A stretch of DNA of 62,329 nucleotides, taken from positions 1-62,329 of IMG/VR virus record IMGVR_UViG_3300036790_000194; one strand, given 5' to 3'. A program made the translations under genes and the position numbers. This DNA is from a virus. Lineage: Duplodnaviria > Caudoviricetes. The notes beneath the pieces are model-generated. The model made no database searches, was not told the origin of the DNA, and saw nothing but the letters and a program-made list of their open reading frames with translations. This document shows, piece by piece, positions 45,444-54,957 of this stretch. Each line of letters opens with the position of its first letter. The first letter of the stretch is position 1.

Positions 45444-46372
45444 CCATAACACCAGGCATCCACGATCTTACGAAGGATGCGTACTTTGCTGACCCGACTG
45501 CGGAACCTTCGCTATCGGCCTCGATCATCAAAATCCTGATTACCGAAACGCCGATCCACGCATGGACCGCCCATCCCCGGCTCAACCCCAATTACGAGCG
45601 CACAGAGGAAGACAAGTTCGACCTTGGCAACGCCGCACATGCGCTGATGCTGCACGATCCGCAAGCCTTCTCCATCCTGCAATTCGACAACTGGCGGACC
45701 AAGGACGCGCAGAATGCGAAGGCCGAGGCGCGCAAGGCCGGGAAAATCCCGATGCTGGCCGACAATTGGCAGCGCGTCTGCGATATGGTTGAGGCTGGCC
45801 GCGCCCAATTGCTGCAACACCGTGACGCCAGCGAGGCATTCGCCAACGGCAAAGGCGAGCAGACGATCATCTGGCAGGAAGGCGCGACTTGGTTCCGGTC
45901 AAAGCTCGACTGGATGCCTGACAAGCCGACGATCTTCTACGATTACAAAACCACCGGCTCCGCCGATCCCGACACATGGCAGAAAATCGCGTTTCAAACC
46001 GGCGCCGACATTCAAGCGGCTTTCTATCGTCGCGGAATCAGGGCTTTAGAACTCGCACGCAATCCGAGAATGCGGTTTGTGGTTCAGGAAACGACGGAGC
46101 CTTACGCGCTTTCTGTCTGCGAATTCTCCCCGGAATCTCTTGAACTCGCCGACCGCCGCATCGGGCACGCGATCAAGAAATGGGAATGGTGCATGAAGCA
46201 TCACGAGTGGCCCGGATACCCCGACCGCACCGTTACGCTGGAAGCACCGCCGTGGCATGAATCGCAATTGATGGCTCGCGAACAACGTGACGCGGACCTC
46301 GCCAAGCAGTTGGGCGCGAAAGACGATATCGAGCTTTTGGCGTTCGCGATGAAAATGCAGAGCCCAATCTAG
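45440..46372 (+). CDS. RecE / exonuclease VIII-like PD-(D/E)xK nuclease (DUF3799-like)
   Basis: LSAS, G.AAHAL.L, E..I.W, RSKLDW, DYKTT, Q.AFY, WPGY; GTGA-coupled start. Confidence 0.85.
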   Translation: MTITPGIHDLTKDAYFADPTAEPSLSASIIKILITETPIHAWTAHPRLNPNYERTEEDKFDLGNAAHALMLHDPQAFSILQFDNWRTKDAQNAKAEARKAGKIPMLADNWQRVCDMVEAGRAQLLQHRDASEAFANGKGEQTIIWQEGATWFRSKLDWMPDKPTIFYDYKTTGSADPDTWQKIAFQTGADIQAAFYRRGIRALELARNPRMRFVVQETTEPYALSVCEFSPESLELADRRIGHAIKKWEWCMKHHEWPGYPDRTVTLEAPPWHESQLMAREQRDADLAKQLGAKDDIELLAFAMKMQSPI

Positions 46373-46376
46373 GATT

Positions 46377-46580
46377 GTGAATATGGCGCACGCGCATCTG
46401 TGGAATAATCTGCCGCCCGATGAGCGGTCACGCCTCTACCCATGGATATTGGAGGCTCACATTCTGCACCTTACGCAGACGCGCTTTATGATCGTGGCCG
46501 CGCACGAGGCGCTTTTGCGCAGTCTGGATAGTCAGATTGCGAATATTCGCTCCGATCTCCAGAAAGTAACTCACACATGA
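46377..46580 (+). CDS. Hypothetical protein
   Basis: In operon. Confidence 0.5.
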   Translation: MNMAHAHLWNNLPPDERSRLYPWILEAHILHLTQTRFMIVAAHEALLRSLDSQIANIRSDLQKVTHT

Positions 46581-46624
46581 CTTTTACAATTCGCCCCGCC
46601 GCAGCCGAGTTGATGCCGACATGA
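46577..46624 (+). pseudogene. 15-codon relic of the AAA ATPase N-terminus (MTFTIRPAAAELMPT)
   Basis: Matches MTFAIRPATPELTPI at 47178; ATGA-coupled on both sides. Confidence 0.7.
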
Positions 46625-47181
46625 AAAAGCCCTTCGAGAATAATAGGGTTTGTCAGAAATGCGGAGTGGAATTTCGCACGAAGCCATCCAATCTCGCAAA
46701 GTTCTGTGGCCTTGCGTGCAAGGCGTCGGCACACAGAACCAGAAAAAAAAACGATCCTCGCCCATGTATAGTTTGTGGAACCATGTTCACTCCGGCACGC
46801 CATCGCGGAAATGCGAAATTTTTCTCCAAGTCGTGCATTTGGAAGGCGACAAAGGGACCAGAATTTAACGCCAAAATCGCGCGCGAATTCGCAAAGGAAA
46901 GTGGCGATAGACAGCGCGGTCGCGGAGACGGCAAGTCATATCGAAAGATGAATGGCCATCATGAACATCGCATCGTCGCCGAACAGAAGACTGGTCGCCC
47001 GATTGAGAAATCGGAAGTCGTTCATCATGTGGACGGAAATCGTCTGAATAACGATCCGTCAAACCTTGTCGTGATAACTCGCGCCCAACACATGCGAGAG
47101 CACGGGCTTGGAATTCCTGGTGTAACCCCACCGCACGAACCTTGGAAGCTTCGCGGCAAGAATAAAAGGAAATCTCCGTGA
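46621..47181 (+). CDS. Free-standing HNH homing endonuclease
   Basis: Two CxxCG.xF zinc-ribbon repeats; EHR.VAE...GRP...EVVHH.DGN..NN..SNL.......H..EH. Confidence 0.9.
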   Translation: MKKPFENNRVCQKCGVEFRTKPSNLAKFCGLACKASAHRTRKKNDPRPCIVCGTMFTPARHRGNAKFFSKSCIWKATKGPEFNAKIAREFAKESGDRQRGRGDGKSYRKMNGHHEHRIVAEQKTGRPIEKSEVVHHVDGNRLNNDPSNLVVITRAQHMREHGLGIPGVTPPHEPWKLRGKNKRKSP

Positions 47182-48176
47182 CCTTTGCGATCCGCCCTGC
47201 AACGCCTGAGTTGACGCCAATCCTCATAGGACTCGTAGGTAGTTCAGGATCTGGCAAAACTCTATCTGCATTGCGTCTCGCGCATGGTATTCGAGAAGTT
47301 GTCGGTGGAGAAGTGGGTCTGATCGACACAGAGGGGCGTCGCGGCCTGCGTTATGCCGACAAGACAAAGTTTCCGAGCTTCAACTATAAATATCTGGAAT
47401 TTCTGCCGCCGTTTGCGTCGGATCGGTTCAGCGAAGCCATCGCTGCCATGTATGCGACAGGGGTCAAGACAATTATAATAGATTCCCTATCGTTGGAACA
47501 TGAAGGAGCGGGCGGCTACCTCGAATACCACGTGGCCGAACTCGACCGCATGGCGGGCAACGATTACAAAAAGCGCGAGAAGATGACGTTCACGGCCCGG
47601 ATCAAGCCTGCCGCCGCGCGTCGCCGCCTCATCAATTCGTTTCTCCAAGTGCCGGTGAATTTCATCTTCTGCTTTCGCGCCAAGGAAAAACTCAAGATTG
47701 TCACTGGCGGCGCACCGATACCGCTAGGCTGGCAGGCAATCGCCGGAGATGAGTTCGTTTATGAAATGATCGCGCGGTGCCTCTTGCCGCCGGGCGCGAA
47801 GGGCGTGCCCGACTGGAGCGATGCCGCATTCGCGCATGGTACTGCGAAGCGCGATGATCAGGACAGGGCGCTCTTTCCCGATGGCACGCAGCTTTCCGAG
47901 GAAATCGGCCGCAATATCGCATTGACCTATAGCGGCAAGGATGTGCGGCCTCGGCAGACTGCGGAAGCGAAAGCGTCCACGGCTGGTACGCAAGACGCGG
48001 AGGGTGCCGATCTGCAGAGTGCCGGTGATGAAGTGGCGCGGAAAGGCGTCGTGGCCGTCAGAACGTGGTGGCAGAATTTAACCCCGCGCCAGCAAAATCT
48101 CGTCACGAAAACCTACCTTGATGACGTTCTGAAACCCGCCGCCGAGAGTGCCGATAAGGAAATGTTTGGGGAATAA
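47178..48176 (+). CDS. AAA_24 / Sak4-like recombination ATPase
   Basis: GSSGSGKT, IDTE, IIIDSLS.E.EG.GG; downstream of the RecE-like nuclease. Confidence 0.8.
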   Translation: MTFAIRPATPELTPILIGLVGSSGSGKTLSALRLAHGIREVVGGEVGLIDTEGRRGLRYADKTKFPSFNYKYLEFLPPFASDRFSEAIAAMYATGVKTIIIDSLSLEHEGAGGYLEYHVAELDRMAGNDYKKREKMTFTARIKPAAARRRLINSFLQVPVNFIFCFRAKEKLKIVTGGAPIPLGWQAIAGDEFVYEMIARCLLPPGAKGVPDWSDAAFAHGTAKRDDQDRALFPDGTQLSEEIGRNIALTYSGKDVRPRQTAEAKASTAGTQDAEGADLQSAGDEVARKGVVAVRTWWQNLTPRQQNLVTKTYLDDVLKPAAESADKEMFGE

Positions 48177-48202
48177 ATCGCATTCACATGGAGGTTAATA
48201 CA

Positions 48203-48703
48203 ATGAAGTTCCTTCTTTCTGCTATATCACTCCTCGCCTTTCTTGCATGGGCCGCGGCCCGCATAGCTCTCGGCATTCAATTCAATATTGGATGTAACGA
48301 TTATATTTCGCAGGCCGCTTCATCCCCCGATCCATCCATCGCGGCCCAACGTCTGGATGCGGCGATTTCGTATGCAGATGCGCACAATCTGACATCTGGC
48401 AACACAGGAATTTTCTTCACCTTCCCTAAAAACGATGTCGGATTCTGGTACAAGCGCCTGACCGATAGCCGCGCAATTCTGCGCGCGTTGCCGCCTGGCG
48501 ATGCGCCGCTTGAAGTCTCAAACACATTGATGCGTGTTCGGGAAACCCTTGTCGAAGGCGGCAAAGACGGGGACGCGGTTGTAAGCCCATCTGGAATTTC
48601 AGCCTTTCCAGATAACGCCGCATTCTTCTGGTGGGGCGCGGTATCGTTTTTCGCGCTCCTGCTTTTCACGGCGCTGGCGGCCGTTGAATCCGACCCGTTC
48701 TGA
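48203..48703 (+). CDS. Membrane protein with N- and C-terminal hydrophobic segments
   Basis: RBS GGAGG; two TM-like stretches. Confidence 0.7.
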   Translation: MKFLLSAISLLAFLAWAAARIALGIQFNIGCNDYISQAASSPDPSIAAQRLDAAISYADAHNLTSGNTGIFFTFPKNDVGFWYKRLTDSRAILRALPPGDAPLEVSNTLMRVRETLVEGGKDGDAVVSPSGISAFPDNAAFFWWGAVSFFALLLFTALAAVESDPF

Positions 48704-48733
48704 AATATAGACCACACACAAGGAAAACCAGTC

Positions 48734-50287
48734 ATGCGAATTTTGGAAATGCGTTCGGAGAATTTCAAGCGCCTGTCCGTCGTGCAAATCACGCCGGACG
48801 GCAACCTGATACAGGTCTGCGGGCCAAATACTGCCGGGAAAAGTAGCGTGCTTGATTCCATCTGGGCGGCACTTGGCGGCAAGGATGCTGCACCAGATCA
48901 GCCGATCCGCAAAGGCAAAAACGCGGCACGCATCGAACTGAAACTCGGCAATGGTAGCGATGTCGCGCTGATCGTCGAACGCACCATAACGGCCAAGGGC
49001 AACTATGTCACCGTGCGCGGCGCGGACGGCGGCAAATACGACAAGCCGCAAAAGGTGCTGGACGATCTCATGGGGCTGATTGGCTTCGATCCGCTCGCGT
49101 TCATGCGCCTCAAGCCTGCCGAGCAATTCGAAATGCTGCGCGGCACCGTGAAGATGGACATTGACATTGACGCGCTCGACCGCAAGCGCGCGACGGTTTA
49201 CGAGGATCGCACGGGCGTCAATCGCGACCTCGCATCTGCCAAGGCGCGCTCGACGGCAATTGTAGTGCCCGACGATCTGCCGGACGAGCAGCCTGACATC
49301 GCGGCGATCACGGATAGGCTGGCCGGCATCGACGAGTTCAACACGGCAATTCGCGCGAAGATGTCCTATAGGTACCGCGCAACGCTGAGTTTGACGCAGG
49401 CGACCGACCGCGAGGCGTCGGCCTTGCGCGAACTGGAAGATGCGCGCCGCCACGCGGAGAACTGTCAGGGAGAAAGAATTGCGGCAGAGCTTGCGCTTGA
49501 AGAAGCGCAGCGCGTCGCGGATCATGCCGGTGAGCTTCAGGACGTTGCCGCCATCCGCGCCGAACTCGACGCCGCGAACAGGCTTACCGAGGGCTTCCGC
49601 CGCCAGCAAACCAAGATTGCTGCGGAAGCGGAAGTCACAACACTGACGCGTCGGTCCACTGAAAAGACGGCTGAGATTGAAGCGCTGGACGCGACCAAAG
49701 CGAAAGCGCTCGCGGAAGCGAAGATGCCCATCGAGGGCCTCAGCTTTGAAGATGGCACCGTGATATTCGGCGGCCTACCACTGGCGCAGGCAAGCTCGGC
49801 GCAGCAATTGCGTGTCTCTGCGGCCATCGGTGCGGCGCTCAATCCGAAACTGCGCGTGATCCTGGCGCGCGACGGGTCATTGCTCGACAGCAAGTCGCTA
49901 CAAGCGCTCGCGGCGTTCGCCGATGAAAACGACATGCAAATTTGGTTGGAGGTTGTGAATGAATCCGGCCAAGTCGGAATCGTCATGGAAGACGGTCACG
50001 TCAAGGGCCAAGAGGCGCTTGTTGCCGAGCATGAAAAGGCAGATGCGGAGAAGGTTGCGGAGCCGGATGCGCCCGCACCAACGCCAGAGCCCGGCAGCGA
50101 CGCGGAGAAGCGCGCACGCTCCTATCTCGACGCAATGATCAAGCAATTGGCGAACCGCAAATCGCAGGCCGAGTGCGAGGGCGACAATGCAGCGGTGAAG
50201 GTGAAGCTTGCGCGCTTCCCCGATCTCGTCCGCGCCGAATGGGCACCGGCATATCTGGCGCGCATGAAAGCGTTGGCGGGGAAATGA
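48734..50287 (+). CDS. SMC/SbcC-like coiled-coil ATPase
   Basis: ENFKR, GPNTAGKSSVLD, long coiled coil, QASSAQQ signature, RDGSLLD. Confidence 0.85.
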   Translation: MRILEMRSENFKRLSVVQITPDGNLIQVCGPNTAGKSSVLDSIWAALGGKDAAPDQPIRKGKNAARIELKLGNGSDVALIVERTITAKGNYVTVRGADGGKYDKPQKVLDDLMGLIGFDPLAFMRLKPAEQFEMLRGTVKMDIDIDALDRKRATVYEDRTGVNRDLASAKARSTAIVVPDDLPDEQPDIAAITDRLAGIDEFNTAIRAKMSYRYRATLSLTQATDREASALRELEDARRHAENCQGERIAAELALEEAQRVADHAGELQDVAAIRAELDAANRLTEGFRRQQTKIAAEAEVTTLTRRSTEKTAEIEALDATKAKALAEAKMPIEGLSFEDGTVIFGGLPLAQASSAQQLRVSAAIGAALNPKLRVILARDGSLLDSKSLQALAAFADENDMQIWLEVVNESGQVGIVMEDGHVKGQEALVAEHEKADAEKVAEPDAPAPTPEPGSDAEKRARSYLDAMIKQLANRKSQAECEGDNAAVKVKLARFPDLVRAEWAPAYLARMKALAGK

Positions 50288-50655
50288 GCGGCACGGATAG
50301 AATTGTTAAACGCCTTCGCGCCAAAGCGACTGAAATAGCGAAAGCCGTCGCGCGCACGGAGGGTGAGGGGGAATACACGGAAATAGAACTTATGCGCGAA
50401 GCCGCTGATGTAATCGAGCGCGGATGCGTGGAATGGCGCGATATCTCAACCGTTCCGAAGCACACCGGCAAAGGCGATGTTCCTGCAAAGTATATCGTCC
50501 TTTTACACGATCCAGACAACAGCGCTATGAATCGCGTCCAAGTCGGCTTTTGGAACAACCGCTGTAATTACTGGCAAACTCTTTTCGACAATGAGGAATT
50601 GATGTGCCCGACACACTGGGCACCATGGATCAGGGCACCGAAGGATATGCTATGA
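50284..50655 (+). CDS. DUF551-like protein
   Basis: EAAD.IE, WRDISTVPK...PTHW.P...P. Confidence 0.65.
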   Translation: MSGTDRIVKRLRAKATEIAKAVARTEGEGEYTEIELMREAADVIERGCVEWRDISTVPKHTGKGDVPAKYIVLLHDPDNSAMNRVQVGFWNNRCNYWQTLFDNEELMCPTHWAPWIRAPKDML

Positions 50656-50802
50656 CCGACAACATCATCACCGAGCTCGTCTTCCCTCCCATCCCCGACC
50701 GCTCGCATGATTGGTGCGCCTATCGCGATCCAGAAGGGCGCATAGGCTGGGGGCGGACGGAAGATGATGCGATCAAAGCCTTGTTGATGCAGGAGGAAGA
50801 AG

Positions 50803-51105
50803 ATGAGTAGCGCGAAGGTTGCGGCGGCTATAGAGCAGGTCGGCATAAATTTGAACTCCGAAGTTGAGCGCGTCGTTGGCGTGGTCAACAAATTGAAAGC
50901 CGAGAACGAAGAATTGCGCGACGCGAATGCGACGCTCCGAGCCAATCGCTCCGAACTCGAATGGCTCCGCGAGCGGCTCTCTGACTGGGATAACATCTCT
51001 GTCAATTTGGCACGCGAGGCCGGTCGCATATCGCAATTGCAGGACCTGGCCGCGCGCGAATGTGCGAAGGTGCGGGCGCGGATTGATATGCTGGAGCAAG
51101 GGTGA
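50803..51105 (+). CDS. Hypothetical coiled-coil protein
   Basis: Purine-rich RBS; heptad pattern. Confidence 0.6.
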   Translation: MSSAKVAAAIEQVGINLNSEVERVVGVVNKLKAENEELRDANATLRANRSELEWLRERLSDWDNISVNLAREAGRISQLQDLAARECAKVRARIDMLEQG

Positions 51106-51314
51106 ACATGGCGACGCTTACAGAGGCCGAGGAATTCAACGATACTCACGGAACGCTGGAAGGCTTCACGGCAAGGGAATGGCGCGCCGTTATTAAGCTG
51201 GCGATGGTTATTTGTGAGGTTCAAGATTGCGTTGGAGAGTATGTGCACGGACCGTGCGAGGATCACTTTGGTGCCGCGACTCAATTCTTCTTTGAAGAGA
51301 AACGCCGAGGATAA
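51102..51314 (+). CDS. Hypothetical protein
   Basis: Coupled. Confidence 0.55.
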   Translation: MNMATLTEAEEFNDTHGTLEGFTAREWRAVIKLAMVICEVQDCVGEYVHGPCEDHFGAATQFFFEEKRRG

Positions 51315-51315
51315 T

Positions 51316-52254
51316 ATGGCCACGACAACTCACAAATACCTTTTAGTCGACACGGAAACCACCGGCCTCTTTCGGTACGATCAGCCCGCAGACGCCGAAG
51401 GTCAGCCGCGAATGGCGCAGCTTGCCATGCTGTACCTCAATGAGAATTTCGAGGTCTGGGGCATTGAGAACATGCTCATACGGCCATATGGCTGGAAGAT
51501 GAGCGATGAGGCGGCGAAGATTCACGGTCTGACGCAAGAAATTCTCATGGAGCGCGGATATCCGATTGCCGATGCACTCAGGGCCTTCAATGGCGCACTC
51601 GACGATGGCCGCATCATCGTCGGCTACAATGTCTCCTACGATCTGAAAGTGCTGCGCGGTGAATTGCGCCGCGCCGGTCTGCCAGACCGCTTCGAGACAA
51701 CGCAGTCCGTCGATTGCATGCGAAAACTCACGCCCGTTTGCAAAATCGCCAAGGCGAGCGGGAAGGGCTATAAATGGCCCAAGCTCACGGAAGCCTACAA
51801 ACACGTCACCGGCAAGGAATTGATCGGCGCGCACGGGGCACTTGAAGACACCCACGCCTGCCGCGAGGTCTTCAAGTGGATGGTGGCGGAGAAGATGTTT
51901 ACGGAGGCGGCTATTTCCGACTTCGAAGAATCGGTCCGCCAGAATTCGCAAGAAACTCATGAAGTGGCATGGCGGAGAATTTCGGAAGGTGCCGACGATT
52001 TACGATACGCCGAACGCTATATACATTCATCCGGCCATGCGCGCAGAATTCGAGGCTGCGGTAGCGCGGGAGATCATATCGTGAAACTCACCCACATCGC
52101 CATCTGGACGATCTACTGGTCCGCCGTCGCCGCTGGCATGTTGCTTCTAGTGTGGGGCGCGAAGGTTGCGATCAAGAATGTGGCCGAACGGTATCGCGAC
52201 CCGCTTGGCAGGTTTGAGTATGGCGAGCGGCATTCGGATTTCGACGGAGAGTGA
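51316..52254 (+). CDS. DEDDh 3'-5' exonuclease (DnaQ-like) with a run-on C-terminus
   Basis: VDTETTG, IHG.T, VGYN..YD, PKL.E.Y, AHGALED. Confidence 0.85.
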   Translation: MATTTHKYLLVDTETTGLFRYDQPADAEGQPRMAQLAMLYLNENFEVWGIENMLIRPYGWKMSDEAAKIHGLTQEILMERGYPIADALRAFNGALDDGRIIVGYNVSYDLKVLRGELRRAGLPDRFETTQSVDCMRKLTPVCKIAKASGKGYKWPKLTEAYKHVTGKELIGAHGALEDTHACREVFKWMVAEKMFTEAAISDFEESVRQNSQETHEVAWRRISEGADDLRYAERYIHSSGHARRIRGCGSAGDHIVKLTHIAIWTIYWSAVAAGMLLLVWGAKVAIKNVAERYRDPLGRFEYGERHSDFDGE

Positions 52255-52255
52255 G

Positions 52256-52621
52256 ATGTGGCCTTTCAAGCGTAAAGCGAAAGAACCGATTCTGTTGCTG
52301 TCGCCGCGCCCCGACGCCGATCTGTACGAGATTGGCGGTGGCTGGAGCGATAGGATTAGTTGGTGGTCGGAAAATCAACTCACTCGCGTCTATGGACACA
52401 AAACACCAAAGCCGCGCGCAGGCGACGTACTGACGTGCGAAATGAAGTCCGGCAAGACGGGCGTGTGGATTTTTCAGAGCATTGAGCATTGCAACGATCC
52501 GCCGGATATGTTTTTCGCTGACGTGAATCCAATCGGCTACACTGACGAAATTGCCTTTTCGCTTCCCACGCCCCCGCAAAGTCCATTCGCCGAAGCTTTC
52601 CAATTGGCACGGAGGCTCTGA
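52256..52621 (+). CDS. Hypothetical protein
   Basis: MWPFKRK start after GGAG. Confidence 0.6.
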   Translation: MWPFKRKAKEPILLLSPRPDADLYEIGGGWSDRISWWSENQLTRVYGHKTPKPRAGDVLTCEMKSGKTGVWIFQSIEHCNDPPDMFFADVNPIGYTDEIAFSLPTPPQSPFAEAFQLARRL

Positions 52622-53081
52622 TGATCCCCGTCTCCCACCTCCCATGGCACTCAACGCGCGTAGACATAGTACCGCTGCGTTTTCTGCCCAACGCTCCGGT
52701 GATGAGTGCCGAGCATCAGGCGTGGAAAGCGGCTGAACTGAACTCGCGCCGTCAGGTCGAGGCGCGGGATTATGAGATTGGAATGCGGTGATGAAAGCGC
52801 TCTTTGAAATCATCCTCTTCGCAATCATCGTGCTTGGTGCGTTCGGTTGTTTCATCTTCACCGCCAATCCGGGGAATGGGAGATGGTTTAATGATTGAGC
52901 GCGGGAAGACGAGGTGTGACCAGTGCGCCGCGATGGACGGATTCCATCGCTTCTTCTTCGTCATGGGAATCCTCGCTGTGTCATTTCTTTGGCGATTGTG
53001 CTCTATTCGACATAAAAACCGAAATGATCTATTCTCTCGACTCGCTCGAAATATTATTGCGAGCGGGAAGGGGTGGCTAGT

Positions 53082-53810
53082 ATGGGCGGTTTTCGGAATA
53101 GGTTTTCCTATCTCGGCATCCTTTGGCGCGAAGGTGTTTGGGGAAGGTGGATCGGCGGCGCGTATTTCCTCCTCGCGTTGTACGTCTTTATTCGCGACGA
53201 CTTTTGGCTCCCCACGGATACCAGCAAGTGGTGGATCATCAGCATGATCCCACACCTATCGCTTTCTTGGTGGTTGTTCGGGGCCGCGCTAATTCTGTGC
53301 TTCTGGATTTTTGAAGCGTCTTTCAGGCTTTATGCGAAGGCGAAGTCAGAAATTGCGAACCGATCACCAGAAAATGCTTTGAGGTTGACTTTTGATGTTG
53401 CTGACAGTCGATGCTTGCGGGCCGCCGAAACGCGATATTCAGATGAGCCAAGCGGTGAGTTTTATTCGATTCTAGTTCAAAACCGCAGCGGGAAAAGCAT
53501 CTCTAATATCAGCATTAGGGGGCTTCCTAGCTGGTTCACCTCAACAATTCTGGCTATGGCAGCGACCGGGCGAAGCACCCGTCGCCAAGCTACGGTGGTG
53601 CTCCGCGATATTGCGGAACTCGATCCAGACGCGACGGATGTTGTAGAGCTTTTCGGGCTTAGTTATTCGCCAGAGTCTAGAAACTCGGAACATATCTTAA
53701 ACAATGTGCAAACCTTCACTCTGGAGGGTCGCGCAAGACACACCAAGACCGTTTCTCTCACATTAGAATACGATCCCAAGTCGCGGCCCATGCTAAGGGT
53801 CGCCTCATGA
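53082..53810 (+). CDS. IS passenger: two-TM membrane protein with a soluble C-terminal domain
   Basis: Inside the IRs, convergent with the transposase; two hydrophobic segments. Confidence 0.75.
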   Translation: MGGFRNRFSYLGILWREGVWGRWIGGAYFLLALYVFIRDDFWLPTDTSKWWIISMIPHLSLSWWLFGAALILCFWIFEASFRLYAKAKSEIANRSPENALRLTFDVADSRCLRAAETRYSDEPSGEFYSILVQNRSGKSISNISIRGLPSWFTSTILAMAATGRSTRRQATVVLRDIAELDPDATDVVELFGLSYSPESRNSEHILNNVQTFTLEGRARHTKTVSLTLEYDPKSRPMLRVAS

Positions 53811-53812
53811 AA

Positions 53813-54730
53813 TTAGAGGCCGCTAACTGCTGTCCCGAAAATGTCCGCGTTGTTGCGGTTGTTGTAGCGGAACTCAAATTCCGCGACATACAATGGAAGA
53901 TATTTGCGACTGACTTTGTGGTAGGTGCCCATGATGCCGCGTTTCATAATCGACCAGAATCCTTCAATCGTGTTGGTGTGGATCGCACCGACAACGTAGT
54001 TCTTTGCCTGATGACGGACGGCGAAGTGCGGGTAATCAGGCGACAGGTGCCGATAGCCGGAATGCTCATCGGTATTGAGCAAGCTAACGTCCGTCGAAAC
54101 GACCTCGCGAACGAAACCTTCGAGAGTTTCCGTCTGAGTGTTTTCGATCACGCGGGCGACTACGTTGCCTTTGCGTTGTGCCGCGCCGATCACGATGGTT
54201 TTGTCAGAACCTTTGCCGCCCTGTCCGGGACTGGTGCTGCGCTTGTCGAAATGCCGGTTTTTGTCTTTGCCGCCGATGTAGGTTTCGTCCACTTCCACAA
54301 TGCCCATGAGCTTGCGGAACTTTTGGTCGGCCAGCCCGGCGCGAACGCGATGGCACATATGCCAAGCCGTGCGGTAAGAGCCGAAACCCATCGTGCGGTA
54401 AATCTGATGTGCCGAAACGCCTTTCTTGCTCGTAAGCATGGTGTGGATCACGCGAAACCACATCCGCAAGCCAACATTCGTGTTCTCAAAGATCGTGCCG
54501 ACCAGCACAGAGAAACGGTAGCCCGCCGATCCGCCCGGAGCGCAAGCCGTGCACTGCCAGTGGAACGGGCGCGAGGGCAGCTCATAGGGGCCTTCAACGC
54601 CGCAACGCGGACAATGAACCACGGTCGGCCAGCGATGCTTCGCCAGATACGCCATGCAGGCGTCATCCGTGGGGAACGCCGCTTCCCACTGGGGGACCGT
54701 CATCTGATGAATGCGTTTGCTCGTACCCAT
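53813..54730 (-). CDS. tnp: IS1595-family DDE transposase
   Basis: CPRCG...CTAC Zn ribbon, GIVEVDETYIGG, TDE..GY, V.H...YV.G.IHTNTIEGFW..KR...G.YH.VS.KYL..YV.EF.FRYN. Confidence 0.95.
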   Translation of the reverse strand: MGTSKRIHQMTVPQWEAAFPTDDACMAYLAKHRWPTVVHCPRCGVEGPYELPSRPFHWQCTACAPGGSAGYRFSVLVGTIFENTNVGLRMWFRVIHTMLTSKKGVSAHQIYRTMGFGSYRTAWHMCHRVRAGLADQKFRKLMGIVEVDETYIGGKDKNRHFDKRSTSPGQGGKGSDKTIVIGAAQRKGNVVARVIENTQTETLEGFVREVVSTDVSLLNTDEHSGYRHLSPDYPHFAVRHQAKNYVVGAIHTNTIEGFWSIMKRGIMGTYHKVSRKYLPLYVAEFEFRYNNRNNADIFGTAVSGL

Positions 54731-54957
54731 GGCCGTTTCCTCTTGAACGACCCATATATAGCCAAAGGAAAATCTTATGTCAAGTAGTGCACAATCGCCA
54801 TTTCTTTCCGGCGCATCTCTTGTGGGCTTGATCGCATTTATAGCAACACTATGAGCGATTCAGTTGCGTGCGCCATCTGCGGGAAGGCGGCCCGGACAAT
54901 GGATTCCGCGAAGGGGCCAAAGGCCGTCAACGTGCGGCCCGTTTGACGGGTGCCCCA

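Larger units (their letters stand above)
52991..54799. mobile_element. IS1595-family insertion sequence with passenger gene (1809 bp)
   Basis: 25-bp terminal IRs GGCGATTGTGC(T/A)CTA(T/C)T(C/T)GACATAA (22/25 identical); 8-bp target duplication ATTTCTTT at 52983-52990 and 54800-54807. Confidence 0.95.
52891..54854 (+). pseudogene. Small membrane-protein gene interrupted by the IS
   Basis: Removing the IS and one target repeat restores MIERGKTRCDQCAAMDGFHRFFFVMGILAVSFL-SGASLVGLIAFIATL*. Confidence 0.7.

Noticed and set aside
53807-54787. 326-aa plus-strand ORF
   Set aside because: Antisense shadow of the IS1595 transposase; no independent motifs.
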